Below are positions 11,661 to 26,072 of a stretch of 64,000 nt of DNA, one piece after another. The notes beneath the pieces were generated by a model that was not told the DNA's origin, ran no database searches, and saw only the letters and a list, made by a program, of their open reading frames with translations. This DNA comes from Octopus sinensis. Lineage: Eukaryota. Location: contig NC_042998.1 in assembly GCF_006345805.1 (NCBI RefSeq), positions 2,728,001-2,792,000 on the forward strand, written 5' to 3'. Each line of letters begins with the position of its first letter. The stretch's first letter is position 1. A program made the translations under genes and the position numbers.

Positions 11661-13210
11661 TTTGCAATACAGAGTAAAGAAGTTGAAGCTGTTAGAGTCA
11701 CCAGTTGTTTAGGTTAATTATAAATAACCAAGTTATTTTAGTATATTGAACTGAATAGTTAACTAAGCACTCATGCACACTTTCACATATCTAATTGCTA
11801 TTTCAACTATAAACACCTTTCCAGTGTTGTTTGAATACAAATAATCTTCAAGTGAAACATCTAATACCTACTTCCTCAGGTTGTTTTGAGATTTGAAATA
11901 TTTTTTAAGTACTTTATTCTACCAAAGTACAGCATCAGAAACTCGAATCAAGGTATGTCGTTCCCACCTTCGTATACTTATCTCTGAGTGCATGTGTATT
12001 AAACACATACATCTCAAGAATATATACATAAGAGTAATGGTGCTACTATTTAGAGACCAATACAGCTACAGACTTAGGAATTGGACATTAAAATATCTAG
12101 GAAATGTTATACAAAAAAATTATCAATGCACACATAAAAATCATTACATTTGGAATCAGAAAATAGGATTTACATCACCAATAAAAAGAAATTATTAAGA
12201 ATAGTAAATACCTAAGATGTTTGTTGGTTTTTTTTGTTATTTGTTTCTTTTTGTGTGAGTTTTTTTTAAAATTAAACCCCAAAATTAAAAACAAAATTGC
12301 AGCAACAAAATAACATAGAAATCAATTTGATAAATAAATGATAATAGAAAAGCCATTCAAGATCATATTCGCAACTACTTTTCCTAACAATGCATTACTA
12401 GACTATCTACTGGACAAAGTAGGCAGCAGATAAGAATGTGAAGAGGGAAATTGAATTTTAAGCAAGGAAGATGGAGACTAAATCTAATTCAACTGAAAAA
12501 AAGGAACCAAGTGAAAAGTATACATATTCAAGCTACAAATGAGTGAATTTTTAAATATATTTCTATTCACTGTATTAATAAGCAAATTCTATCTTTCACA
12601 TGAACAAAATATTTTAATTTCTGTACAAAAGAAAATCTAATTAGATTATTACATAAATGGCTGCACACTGCATAAATCAGGGGAGATAACTACTAAGAAA
12701 CCTTTTTAATTATTTTCCATTTTATGTCTGAATTCAGCAGAGACTGAAAAATCATGGTTTCGGCAACGCAAAATAGTTGCATATCAAGACTTCAATTGAG
12801 AGCCACTTGTTGTATAAACTATTTAATTATAAAATAAGGGACAAATATATTTCCATCTAAGCAAATAAATATATAACTTTCTCCAAGCATGATGCATAGT
12901 TTTCCCTGGGCTGAAATTGTATGAAAGAATAAAAGGGAAAATACTGTAGCAATCTCATGGCAATGTTATCAGTGGCTTTGTATATTAACCTTGTGCATGC
13001 GTGTAAGTGTGTGTGTAAGTGTGTGTGTGTGTGTGAGAGAGAGAGGGAGAAAGAAACCATAGATCAGTCTTTAAATATTTTTGAATTTCTGTTCAAATAC
13101 TTCATCATCATTTAATGTCCAACTTCCATGCATGTATGGGTGGGATAGTTGACAGGAGCTGGCCAGGTAGAAGACTACCCAGGCTGTTGTGTCTGTTTTG
13201 ACAGAGTTCT

Positions 13211-13262
13211 ATGTGTGTCCATATAAATATGTGTGAGTATGTGTGTGTGTGTGTGTGTATAG

Positions 13263-13335
<73 letters not shown>

Positions 13336-13470
13336 CATGTATATATGCATATGTCTATGTATATGCATATATATGTGTGTGTTTATGTATGTATATTTAT
13401 ATATATGTGTATATATATATAGTGTGTGTGTGTTTATTAACATATATTTTTATACATATATATATGTATA

Positions 13471-13514
<44 letters not shown>

Positions 13515-13540
13515 TATACATATATATATGTGTGTGTGTG
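13211..13540. repeat. Compound (TG)n/(TA)n microsatellite
   Basis: direct reading. Confidence 0.97.
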
Positions 13541-14382
13541 CAACATCAAATTTTTTCTTATTTGGTTAAAATAATTAATCATTTGCAAAATATTGTGAAC
13601 ATGTCAGTTGCACGAGCATCTGGCATCGTGGAAAGTTCCGTCAATAAAAATACAAAAAGATTGGTAGAGCCAATTACCCTTTAATGTACCAAGAAAGAAC
13701 ACATAACTCTTATTTATAAACTGCTTGCAATTTCAACATTATACTAAGAGAATGGTTCTAATATGCACCCAAATCCTGATGGTTATAAAATTTTAAAAAA
13801 TAGTTTTCCAAATTTATTGAAATGCTTTTAGTATGCCATATTGTGTTGGATTTATTTTCTTTCGCCGCCCAAGGTTTGTGTGTGTGTGTGTGTATGTGTG
13901 TGTGGTATGTGTGTGTGTGTGGTGTGTTTTGTTTGGAGTAGCAAAACAGCCATGCCAAAGATTTCTAAAGATAACTAATTTAAAAATAAAAAGATTTTTT
14001 TAAGTTAGTGCAAACCAAAGGATGTTATCCTTGAATAGACAAAATGTCGTCATTGCCAAGTGTGCTGAAGACTAAAGTCAGAATAAGAACTAATGGAAGA
14101 GTGAGTGCAGTTGAAGAGCAGGTAGGAATCTAAGAGAAATGGCCAGAGATAGAAAAACTGGTAGAATAACTACTTTAAACCATGTCCAGATGTATATGCA
14201 AGAGTATTTCCAATGTAGGTGCATAGGTAACAAAGGGGGGAAGTTTCTAGAAAGCAAATATTCATTCTTGCATACAAACTTTTCTAATGAATGAATGGAC
14301 TAAAAAAAAAAAAAAATAGTAATAATAAAACCCAGAAAAAAAAAAAATAAGAGATGCATGCAGTGGATGAAGGAATACATAC

Positions 14383-14416
14383 TGTTTGTGTTGTCTTTTC
14401 ATCTGTGGTATTACCC
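14383..14416 (-). CDS. Host gene short exon G (34 nt, phase 1 to 2): (G)VIPQMKRQHK(Q)
   Basis: taactttcag acceptor, ACA|gtatgt donor; the only candidate I found that bridges phase 1 (exon F) to phase 2 (exon H). Confidence 0.7.
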
Positions 14417-16031
14417 CTGAAAGTTATAAAGATATGAAATATTGTATTTTGGAGGAATAATAAGGAAACAGAAGAGAAAATGTGGTTTTTTATGGTTTTA
14501 CATAAAATTTCTTTACAGTAAAAAAAATCAAAAAACTTCAATCAAAAGGAATATTATATTATTTACTACAACCACTACTACAAATACCAATAAACTTATT
14601 TTCGTGTTAATGTTTGTATTTAAGTGTTTAAAAAAATGGTGATTTAAGTGTTAAAAAATGGTGAAAATGAAAAGTAAAACAAAATTATTTTCATTGTAAC
14701 AAAACAAAAGACAATGGTTCAGTAAAATTATTTTGCTGGAAAGATTGCCAAAACCAGTTACTGTAATTCATGTTAGAGTCATTTAAATTATTTTAGAAAA
14801 ATAGTCACTATGTCTGTGAAACTAAGTTATATAAATCTTTCAGATTTATATATTCAAAATCAATACAAGTTAGATTATATCCAGAGATTTTAAATAATCG
14901 ATATAATTGCTGTTTCCTTTATAATTTATGTATTTTGTACATATGGGTATTTTAATACTGATGACTGCATAATGGTCTCTATTCAGGCCAAATTCAGTAT
15001 GAAGCCATTTATATTTGAAAGGTACTACTAGGAAATTGAAGACGTGTAGCCTAGCAAAGTGTTCAGCTCTCAATCATAAGGTTGTAGGTTCCATTCTTGG
15101 ATAGGGTAGCATGTTGTATCTTTGATCAAGGTACATCATTTTATGTTACTTTAATCTATTTATCTTTGATGAGTACCAGTCAGTGCTAGAACAGTGACGG
15201 AGAGAGAAAGAAGGCTAGAACAGCCTTCTTTCTCTTTCCGTCACATTCTGGATGTTCGACTGGGTAAAGGCTGAAGTAGCTGAGAGAGAATGTGTGCTTA
15301 TTCATGATTACAAAGACACCTGAAACAATTAGCAAAAGCATGGGACATACTGCCAGCTCATACTCACTCATAAGTGATGGCTAGCTGTACTATGCTTGTT
15401 GAATTCACCTAAAAAGCTGTAGAACTGCTTTATTAAGAAAGCAACACTTTCAAGGGTAAACTAAAAAGTTCTTATACTGAGGATATAATACAAACATAAT
15501 GGTATATAAATAAACCAAAGAGTCCATGAAGCCCAGTTCTAGAACATTAACTCAGCTATCGCAGTTGTAAGGACAGGAGTGATTCCACAACCTTATGATT
15601 GAGAGCTGAACACTGTTGAGCTACAAATCTATCTTTCTTAAGACTATTAAAAACTGTCATGGTGAAAAGTACTTTTTGCTGAGAAAATAACAATTCTTGT
15701 TTTTGGTAGATATTTGACATCATTACAGGGATAATATAATGATTTCACAGAGTCAATTGATTATTGAAAGGTAATAAATATGTGTTTGGCAATACATAAT
15801 ATATATATATCTATACTTTAAAACTTATAGAATGAAACATGGAACAGCATTTAATTAAAAACTGGCAATCATCTGAGTGAAGTGAGTTTAGCAAAGCCTG
15901 AAAAACAAAGAAGTTTGAAAGCATATTTTTCAACCACAAATGGTCGTTCAAGATGTAAAACTGCAAAATTGTGTCTATCTTTAACACTGTGAAGAAAGAA
16001 ATACTGAAACAGCAGAATTATTGCCAGTTAC

Positions 16032-16191
16032 CCTTGGAACCATCTCTGGCAGCAGGAAGACATGATGTTGATGAGGATTTACCAAAGTTCACACTAGCTG
16101 TGGCAGGAAAAGGGTAATTAGATGCAAATACAGAGTCTGGGGATTCTGCTGCCTCAGGAGAAGGCATAGATGCAGAGTTGTTTTCCATAAT
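16032..16191 (-). CDS. Host gene exon F (160 nt, phase 0 to 1): IMENNSASMPSPEAAESPDSVFASNYPFPATASVNFGKSSSTSCLPAARDGSK
   Basis: ctattttgtag acceptor, AGG|gtaact donor, open frame. Confidence 0.85.
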
Positions 16192-16526
16192 CTACAAAAT
16201 AGGAAAGTAAATACACTGGAAATAATACACAATTAACTGAAATGTCTGAAGAAAATAATTTCAAAAAATTTCTGTAAACTTCCTCATTTGTCTCCCTTGT
16301 TCGTATTCTACTTCCTAAGAATGGTCGCAGCTGGTCTCAAGTCAGCAGGATGGAAGCTTAATAGATAACAACAGTTTATAGTCCACCATTAGCTATACTT
16401 TACTCTTAGCCAATACACATTATCATTTATTTTACCATACTATTCTGATGCTATTCCACAAGTAACAATTTAACATAAGCCTAGCTAAATAGATTGGGGG
16501 TTTGTTAGTGGAATCTGTTTGTTTAA

Positions 16527-16746
16527 CCCTTTCGTTACTGTATTTCTGTTGAGATGCTCTGTGTTTCTTTCAATTACTTTAGATATAACAAAGAATTTAG
16601 TAAAATAATTAGTTATCATTAAGCTAGTGTTAGGAACATAAATTGTGACTAAAGTTTGGTGGAAGATTTTAATTCAAAACTTATGAAAACAAGACCTTTG
16701 TACTAGAGAGCCAGAACCGGTTTCAGCCGAGTTGGTAACGAAAGGG
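16527..16746 (+). mobile_element. piggyBac-type MITE (family D)
   Basis: TIR ccctttcgttac / gtaacgaaaggg, TTAA on both sides. Confidence 0.9.
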
Positions 16747-16962
16747 TTAATGATACCAGACTGATGGAAAGCCATGTTTCAGTCTTGGTGACAGAGCATC
16801 TTCTACTGTAGTTTTATAGACCCACATAAGAGTGACTGTTCCAAATGAGTGCATTTGAAGGAGTTATGCGCCAGTCAATGTATTTATTCAGAAAAAGAAA
16901 ATCAAATGGCTTAAGTTCTTGTTCTTCAAAATTATTGTGCAAATAAGATATTTGGTACAAAA

Positions 16963-17161
16963 CCATATTTTTTAGCATACAAGTTGAAATTTTCACACCT
17001 TGTTTCCAGCCAAAACAAGGTAAGTCAATTTATACACTGAAATAACTTTGAAGGACCTAAAATTCCATGTGACATATAGGAGAATTTGGAAAGATAGGGA
17101 CAGTGTTTACACTACATGTTTATATTATATAATGTGCTGACTTGTATGCCAGAAAATATGG
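16963..17161. mobile_element. Tc2/pogo-like MITE, third copy
   Basis: TIRs ccatattttttagcatacaagt / acttgtatgccagaaaatatgg followed by TA. Confidence 0.65.
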
Positions 17162-18105
17162 TAAATATTCTGAAAAATTGTCTTCAGATTCCTTTGTCTC
17201 AATGTCCTATAACAATTTTCAGTTGGAAATTCACTCTCAGAATTGTTTTTATACAAAATTGTTTTAATACAAAAAGTATTACAAGCTAAGAGAAAATGGA
17301 AAACGCAGTCCATCCCCAAAAGATTTAAAAGAGTTAAATTAGACAATATTCCACATCTGTGCATTGCAGAAAGGCATATAAATGTGTATAAAGGTACAAA
17401 ATAATTATCAACTTCCATCAATGTTGCCCTCTCTCAGCAAACGTCAACAGAGAATTCTAAGCAATTTCCTGTCACTCTAATTCTTCTCATACAACTCAAC
17501 ATTATCTTAACAGCTATTTCTAGCCTTCCACTTGACTACTGAACATACACACACTTTTATCTATTTCTAACAACTGCAAACTCACAAAATCTGACAATAA
17601 TTTCTCCAAGAAAGTTATTTATCAAAATAATGCACAAGCATGGCTGTGCGGGAATAGGTTTGTGTCCCACTGCAAGGTATCTTGACCAATGACCACTGCT
17701 GTAGTCCTGACCCAATCAAAGCTTTGTGAGCGGTTTTAGTAGATGGAAACTGGAAGGTCTGCATGTGTGTGTGTATGGGGGGTATACTGTCTCCTTGCCT
17801 TGACTTCGCATGATAGTTGTAAAAGAGTGTCACTGTCATACATGTCGTGTGTCCTTCATTTCCGATCTTCCGTGAAAACATGTCTGGTCAGGGGAAAATG
17901 TTACCTTACTTGGAAACAGGTGAGAGTGGATGACACAAAGAGCATCAAGCCATAGGAAATCCACTGCAACAAATTCCATCTGACTCATGCAAGCTTAGAA
18001 AAGTGGACATTAAATTATTATTATTATTGTTATTATTATTACTGGAGGAGGAGGAGGAGGAGGATACCTATTGTCAAAAGGATTATTAATATTTTTTTTT
18101 TTGTA

Positions 18106-18585
18106 AAGGCATCAAGCTGACAGAATCGTTAGCATGCTGGGCAAAATGCTTGGTGGTATTTCATCTGCCACTATGCTTTGAGTTCAAATTCTGCTGGGAT
18201 AGACTTTGCCTTTCATCCTTTCAGAGTTGATAAATTAAGTACAAGTGAAACACGGTTAATGTAGTCAACTAGACCCCACCCACAAATTTCAGGCCTTGTG
18301 CCTATAGTAGAAAGGTTTATTATTATTATCATTATTATTATTATTATTATTATTATCATTATCAAGGTGGTGACATAACAGTATCGTTAGCACATCAATC
18401 AAAATTCTAAGCAACATTTCTTCTGGCTCTTTGCATTCCAAGTTCAAATTCCGCTGTGGTCAACTTTGCCTTTCCTCCTTTCGGAGTAAATTAAGCATGT
18501 ACCAGTGAAACACTGGGGTCAAGGTAATCAACTAGTCCCCTCCCGCAAATTTCAGGCCACGTACCTTTAGTGGAAAGGATTATAA
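18106..18585 (+). mobile_element. Two tandem SINE family A copies with (ATT)n tails
   Basis: gttcaaatt...tttgcctttc block twice. Confidence 0.85.
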
Positions 18586-19444
18586 TCCTTATTGTGGATG
18601 GAGCGAGGGAGCCCATGACCTTTGCAATAGGTTGCAGTCCAGGGTGGAAGAGATGGTCTGAGTAAGGATCAAGGTAGGAAAAGAGACAACAGAGCTAACA
18701 TTAATCCAACACAAGTGGATTAGAGTACATTTCCCAACAGCATAGTGCAATATATGCAATATAACTTGAATCCTTGACCTAGAACTAAAGAGCTTAGCAC
18801 CGGAATTACTTAATTAGTGTTAAGCATTGGTAAAAAATTCAAAAAATAACTAACAACAATAACGAATAATTTCACATGGAATTTTTGGTGTATAAATCAA
18901 CCTACCTATTTTGGCTGTAGATTTTGGTGTAACAAACTTAACGTGTATGTCGCAAAATACAGTAAATTTCAATGTCAATATAAAGTGCAGAAAATGTTAA
19001 ATGATGAGGTTCACAACTACATCTCAAACTGATTTATTTCTTCATATTTTCCAGGTAATACATTTAATTTTTTACATGCCTCACTACCCTCATCTTTAGG
19101 GAAAATGTATAATGTTTCTATAGAAGAGATGATTTACTTCCAATATGCTGCAGAAACATATTCATTAAAACAACACAGCACCCAGGACTTTTGGAAACAT
19201 TTTTTCACTCAGAATTGCTGAAGCATGGGATAAACTATATGCATCGGTTGTTAGTTCAAGAAACACTACAATCTTCTAAACTTCCATTCTGCCTGTAATC
19301 TCCCAACAACACACCTGATTCTCACCACATTTTTTTTCCCCCCATTATTCACTTCCTGTGCATATTCTGTCTACTGTTCATGCAGTTTTGGTTTCTTTTT
19401 CAGATGAGTTGTAGTGCAACCGAGCACAGTATACAATGAGTTCA

Positions 19445-19494
<50 letters not shown>

Positions 19495-20381
19495 TATAGT
19501 TCATTCCATCCATAACTAAAGATTTCTGTAAGGGAGTTAACTATACACAATAATCAATTATTAAATTTGTACTTTAAATTGATCAACAAATTTAATAGAT
19601 TCTGCAAAGCTTTCACTCAAAAGTATTTTCAATGGATGAGCATTTTATAAATAATTTGATTTAGTTATAAGTAATTTGATTTTATTGATTTAATCAGATT
19701 ACATAATCATCTTCATGTGCCAGCAACTCCTTACAAGATCTTAATGAGTTTACATCATAAATTCTTATTTGAAACTACAACTAATTGTATTTACTTTATG
19801 ATTTATACTTTATCAATGTATAAATCCCATTCTTAATTTTCTTTGCAAGTACCCCGTGCCAGTGGCACGTAAAAGTACCCACTACACTCTCGGAGTGGTT
19901 GGCGTTATGAAGGGCATCCAACTGTAGAAACTTTGCCAGATCAGATTGGAGCCTGGTGCAGCCTTTTAGCTCGCCAGTCCTCAGTCAAACTGTCCAACCT
20001 ATGCCAGCATGGAAGGCAGATGTTAAACAATGATGATGATGATGATATTCATACAAAGCCATCTGGACAAACACTTCTGTCTTCAGCTTTCTGAATGGGA
20101 ATAAACTCTTAAGCCTAACTTGAACAAACAACTTAGAAATTAAACAATTTCTTTTTAAACTGTGATTAAAATAAAATGGAAAACAATAATTTATTCCAGG
20201 CATATAACTGGACTGCAGTCATGCTGGGATACCACATTGATGGGTTTTAGTTTAACAAATCAACACCAGCAATTAATTTTATAAGCATGGTACTTACTCT
20301 ATCACTCTCTTTCGCTTAACCACTAAGTTATAGGGATGTAAACAAACAAAGGCTGTCAAGTAGTGGTGGCAGACTAACAAA

Positions 20382-20431
<50 letters not shown>

Positions 20432-20762
20432 AACACACACATATATACAATGGGCCCCTTTCAGTTTCTGTTTATCAAATCCATCCACAAGGCTTTAGTA
20501 GAAGATACTTGCCAACGGTGCAGTAGGATTGAACCTGAAACCTTGCAGTTGGAAAGCAAACTTCTCACTACACATGTGAATAAAAATAACTAATTTCAAA
20601 TTATAATTTTTAACCTTATTTACCAAAGAATAAAACACATTTACAGATAATAACTATGCCATTATATACATTTAAAAAAAAAAATCCATTTGTATTTTAA
20701 AACTGACTGGCAGAGACAAATCTTATTGAAGATACACATGAATGTTTTGAAAGAATTATTAC

Positions 20763-20824
20763 CTTTCGGTAGTCAAACATAGCAGTTAAAGGCCAACTTG
20801 GTGGACGTTTATTAGCAGATTGAC
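20763..20824 (-). CDS. Host gene exon E (62 nt, phase 1 to 0): (G)QSANKRPPSWPLTAMFDYRK
   Basis: ttgattacag acceptor, AAG|gtaata donor; supplies exactly the phase change needed between exons D and F. Confidence 0.85.
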
Positions 20825-22223
20825 CTGTAATCAAATTAAACAAATAAAACTAATTGATTCCCAAGACTGGGAGGCAATTCATCAGCAGCATGTGATTTTG
20901 TTAATATTTTAGTGCTCGCCACTAATTAAAGTGTCTACCACAGCAGTCTACCGAATGGGTTAAAACACACCTGAAGGAACAAATTGGTTAGATTCATTTT
21001 CATTAGTAGAAGCATGTGACTAATTATAACTAACTAAACTTTATTTTTGCCAACTATTTATCAAAGCATTGCGTGCAATATAAGAAGAAGCATAATGCAT
21101 GATGATAATGTATCGGGATGAACCATATCATTGAGGTTATACTTCAAGATGAGATATGAATTTCTTAGGCTTTTGGTATTGTGGTTTAAGAAGTAAACAA
21201 AGAATTAACACTACTGATTGATCATTCCTTTAATATCCTTTCTACTAGAGGCAAAATGCCTGGAATTTTTTAGGAGGGAGCTAGTCAATCTAACTGAGAC
21301 CAGTACTCAACTGGTACTTCTTTTATTGACCCCAGACGGATGGAAGGCAAAGTTGACCTCAGCGGCATTTGAATTCAGAACATAAAACCAGAAATGGCAT
21401 TAAGCATTTTGTCTGGTGTGCCAAGAACTTTTTCAGCTCACCATTTGATCATCTCTTTAATATAAAACCATAGTGAGGAAGAAAGATATTTTTCTATCGT
21501 GCCGGACAAAATTGAAAATGTACAGGAAAAGAATGAAAATACACAACTTCTGATTATATCACTTAACTATCACAGGAACTGAAACTAGATAGGAATTTGA
21601 TTAATGATAAAAATCACGACTATGAAAATGTTAATTCCATGTGAAATGGCACCAACACTAAAATAAATGCATAAAATTGGTAAATTTACCCAATTTTTCA
21701 AGCAAATAATTCATCCCTAAAACTGAATTTTTTAATACATTTTTTTAACTGAACCTACTGAATTCAAGTTTTTTTTTACCCCCACCCAGTACCTCAAACC
21801 TCAGTATTTCCTCCTTCCAATTTTTTGTATAAGTCAAAGCACTAACAAACACCTCAGAGGTGGTTGTAAGTTCTAAGACCCAAATCTTAAGAAACAGGCC
21901 ATGGCAAAAATGAAACTGTCCTGACTTGTGAGCTGACCAAGTGAAACAGCTTCATTTAAATGACTATGCCAAGTTCAGAATGTAATGATGACCTTTGTAA
22001 ATGACTTCTAAAAGATTTTTCAGTGTTAAATATGGATAAAATATTTGTAGCACATTCAATGGAGTGAGTGTTCGCAAGCTGTCTCTGTAAACAACATGAT
22101 ATTTACTCTTAACTAAATAAACCATACCTTCAGTTCATGTAAGCATGCATAGTGTACGTATATTTGTATATGTTTATGGGCATGCCTATATATATTTCAA
22201 CCAAACATCAAAATACATGGACA

Positions 22224-22265
<42 letters not shown>

Positions 22266-22267
<2 letters not shown>

Positions 22268-22595
22268 TTATAAAATGTTATTATTACTTGCAGAATTGTC
22301 ACACATCACTGCTTCTCATATCACTGCAGAAAACACACATGCTTGTTTGTTTAAAAAAACAACTCTATGAAATTATAGTTCTTAAATCTAATGGGAAGAA
22401 GTGAATGGATATGTTGGTGTAATGATAGCACATTAGAGGCATAAGTTCAAGCCCTAATATTAGACTATTCTCATTAGTCAATACACAGTGATCACTTATA
22501 TGCTTTAAGCTTATAAAATGTTATTATTACTTGCAGAATTGTCACACATCACTGCTTCTCAAATCATTGCAGAAAACACACATGCTTTTTGTTTG
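22266..22595 (+). repeat. Local direct duplication of ~87 bp
   Basis: gcttataaaatgttattattacttgcagaattgtcacacatcactgcttctc at 22266 and 22509. Confidence 0.9.
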
Positions 22596-22895
22596 TTTGT
22601 TTGTTTGTATGTATATGTATTTCATGTTACAGTTAGAAGCAATGCAAGTTATCAGAATTTTCCCATTTGAGTATGATAAAGCAACTCATTGCAAATCCTT
22701 ATGAGAGTAGTTGTGTAAATGGAGAAAGGATTGGGGAGCTTAGAATGGTATGGAGCCACAAAATGTATAATAAGGAAGTCATATTTTGAAATATCTTAAC
22801 TGTAAGAGATGAATCTCATTTTATATGCTGCAAAATGATCTGAGACAAATGTATTAAATGCATTCAAAATATCATTACTTGGTTTGATTTCATTA

Positions 22896-22928
<33 letters not shown>

Positions 22929-25900
22929 AGTATATATACTCTGTAGATTCTCGTGTCTAACAATAAATGAAGAGGATGAAAAAAAAAACAAGCATTAAAA
23001 TGAAAAACAACTATCATTAGCAAGAGAAAAATATAAGCATTGTTATAAGGCAAAAAAATAATGGAAAGCAAAAAGAATGAAATTTAAAGCAATGAATATA
23101 TAAAGGAGTAAAATGAAAATGAATGATTTAAAAAATTAATTAAATAATTTTTTTAACTTTCAACATTGTACAGAAATGAATGGGAAAAAGCCATGTCGGT
23201 CTTGGCATATGAAAGTGTTCCAAATTTCAAACATCACATAGAAAATATGTAAATAGTTATTGTAGTAGTGGTTGTAGTGTGTACCAAAAAATAATATTGA
23301 AATGATTGGAAAATAAAAAAAATAAAAAATTTAGGGAAAAAAAAAGGAAAAATTTTACAAAACCAAACATTTGTCAATGAGATGTAATGAGAACAAATGT
23401 AAAGAAAAATGGTCAGCAGCAAAAGGGAAGAAAAAAAAAAGAAAAAGCAAGAGATGCAAGAATATTCAAAACAATTGTGAATAAGGAAATCTAAATAAGG
23501 CCACACAACTAATATGTTAAGCAGCTAGTTGAGCACTAAACAACAGAGAGGAAATGTGTAACAGACTCAGAACCCAAAGAAGAAGAAATACTCAAAAGGG
23601 CAAAAGAAAAAAAATCATTTGTTAATGAACAAATAAGCAAAGACAATATTTAAACAAAATTCATGCAAATTGGATTTAAATAAACAATGATACACAAACA
23701 TTTATACATGAACTTATACATATATGTGTACATAAAAACAGTTAGTTTGAATTTGTGTTTTACAATTAGAATTCTGATATATAAATTAGCTGCTATCCTG
23801 ATTAAATCTACACTCATCAATACTTTGACTCAAATAATTTGTATGCTGTTTCCAGACTCTCATAAAAATATAATCAGTCTTTTTGACAAATAACAAACCA
23901 ATCTCAGCCAGAAACTAAGAGGAAAATGGATTCCTTGATTTCGATCCAATACTTCAATGGCCATTTTAATACGACAACAAGAAAGTGATATTCGCAATGT
24001 TAAAAAAAAGACTCTATTTATCCATACCATCTGATTCTTCTACCTTTCTGCATGATCATCATCATCATAACATTGATTTCTTTGTGCAGAAATGAACTAC
24101 ATGGGGCCTACAACTAAACAGCATTTCTCTATTTGTTGTGATTCAGCATAATCTTGTTCATGAGGCATGGCAATCCTCAGATTTGATCTCCCAAGTATAA
24201 AGGCTGGACAAGTTTCTGGCAAGAAATGCTAGACAAACCTACAGAGCATGAATACTGAGTACTGCTAGGGTTTCAATTTTTACATAATTCAGAAGACAGT
24301 GGTGCAAAACAGCATGACTAAAGGGTATGGAAATGGCAATTTCCATATCCTAACCAAAGCCATATATTATTTATTTGACTGGTATTTTATTTCAGTCAAA
24401 TTTGCAACACACTTAAAAGCTATAGCAACATAAACATGCAAATTGGAAAGGACAACAGTTGGATCTAAAAATAGCAAAACTGAAAAGAAGCAAAAAGAAA
24501 CTTAGCTAGAAATCACATTAAGGACAACAAGAGAGAAATTTCTATGCATTTTTGCTTAAACCACATGGAAATGGAATTAAGCTGCTGTTTGTAAATGTTG
24601 ATAACAATAACTTCATGAGTAGTACAGATCAAATGAATCAGATAATGAATTATTAGGCAATTATCAGATTATGTAATAAGTGGTGACAAGTACAGTGAAT
24701 GCAATTTTAGGACCAAATTTTAAGGGGCTCAAAAGCAATGTGACCTATATGCTTTTCTGAGTAGATGTTACAATGCAACTGAGGGAAGGCTATAATAAAT
24801 AAAAATAATGAATAACTGCTGAAAGGAAGGCAACAGTTTGCTGGTGAGACATTCTCTGAATTTTGCCAAACCCTGCAAAATAAGGAAATCCAATGTTTGC
24901 AAGAGACTGTGCCAAGAAAGCCAAGATCAGAAAAGGGAAGCACTCAGTGGTCAACCAATTGAAAAAACTTCCCAATGTGCATTCTGCAACTTTCCATGAT
25001 AGAAATGTTTCTGTATATATAAATTAATTTTTGTTAACTATGTTATTTCGAATTTACTTCATTTCCATTTCATTTTTAAAATTATATTTACCTGACAAAT
25101 TCAGGAGAATTAATGAATCATTATTATGTGTGTAAGTGCATCTGAATTTATTCCATGTTACAGCTTTCATCAAATATGCTGATAAATCCCAGCATTTCTG
25201 GCTATTTACCTATTTTATGTGCACTCGTGTTCAAATAAAAATCCTATAATGTGGTGCACAATTCCTCTTTTGTGTGTGTGTGTGCAGGTACGCACATTTA
25301 TTTCCCAGCAGAATATAAATAATTCATTTTACATTTTTAGGACCAAAAAATTTTAATAAGTTAACATTTCGCTAAGCTTGCTTCTAAATACAGTAGTTTC
25401 AAGACAAAATTTATGCCATAAATTTTATACAAGAAACTTTTTTACTAACTTCTATTCCAAATGCCAAATTCATATAATAATAAACAAAAATATTATTTTT
25501 GTTTCAGAAAACCTAAGTTCACAAATATTTTAGAATGTAAATGAAGCACGTAAAGATGTATCTTAGTTAGAAATATAATAAAAAGACATTTCCATAAAGC
25601 AATACAACAGCATTATTGCACCCATACTTTGGTTAAACAGGTTTATGTCTATAACCTAGAAGAGAGACTATTACTATGTGACTAATCCACACCTCTATGC
25701 AGATAGGCACAGAAATATAATTGGAGATGGACAAAAGTTCTTGTTAACGACACACAAATATCTCATTAATTTCAAACCCTACCTTCCACTAACATACAGG
25801 ACTCATCTATAATAGCTCTAAACCTGCGAGAAACAACAACTAGACTTCCCTCAGAGCACATTTCACTAATTTCTTTTTTTTTTTTTCTTAAATCATGATA

Positions 25901-26072
25901 CGCTGGATAATGTAATCCTAGATACATTAAGACATCTCAAAATAAGACAGGATAGTCGCAGCTGGAATGACTAATACTTGGTCAGCTTAATCAAAGCCAA
26001 TTTAAGGCACAACAACAACAACAACACACAATTATTATGTAGAACATATAACATTTCTATGCTTTAGTTTAC

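Noticed and set aside
12745-12795. Minus-strand TTGATAT-GCAAC...GTTGC-CGAAACCATGAT hammerhead-like relic
   Set aside because: Core and cleavage triplet are too degenerate to call; at most a dead member of the same class.
13108-13574. ORFs rich in HT/YI/CV dipeptides (also 43455-43728, 54838-55176, 58491-58763 and others)
   Set aside because: Translations of (CA)n/(TA)n/(TG)n microsatellites; no splice or domain support.
24790-24880. Candidate minus-strand exon after ttccttattttgcag
   Set aside because: No convincing donor, and the exon chain is already phase-complete without it.
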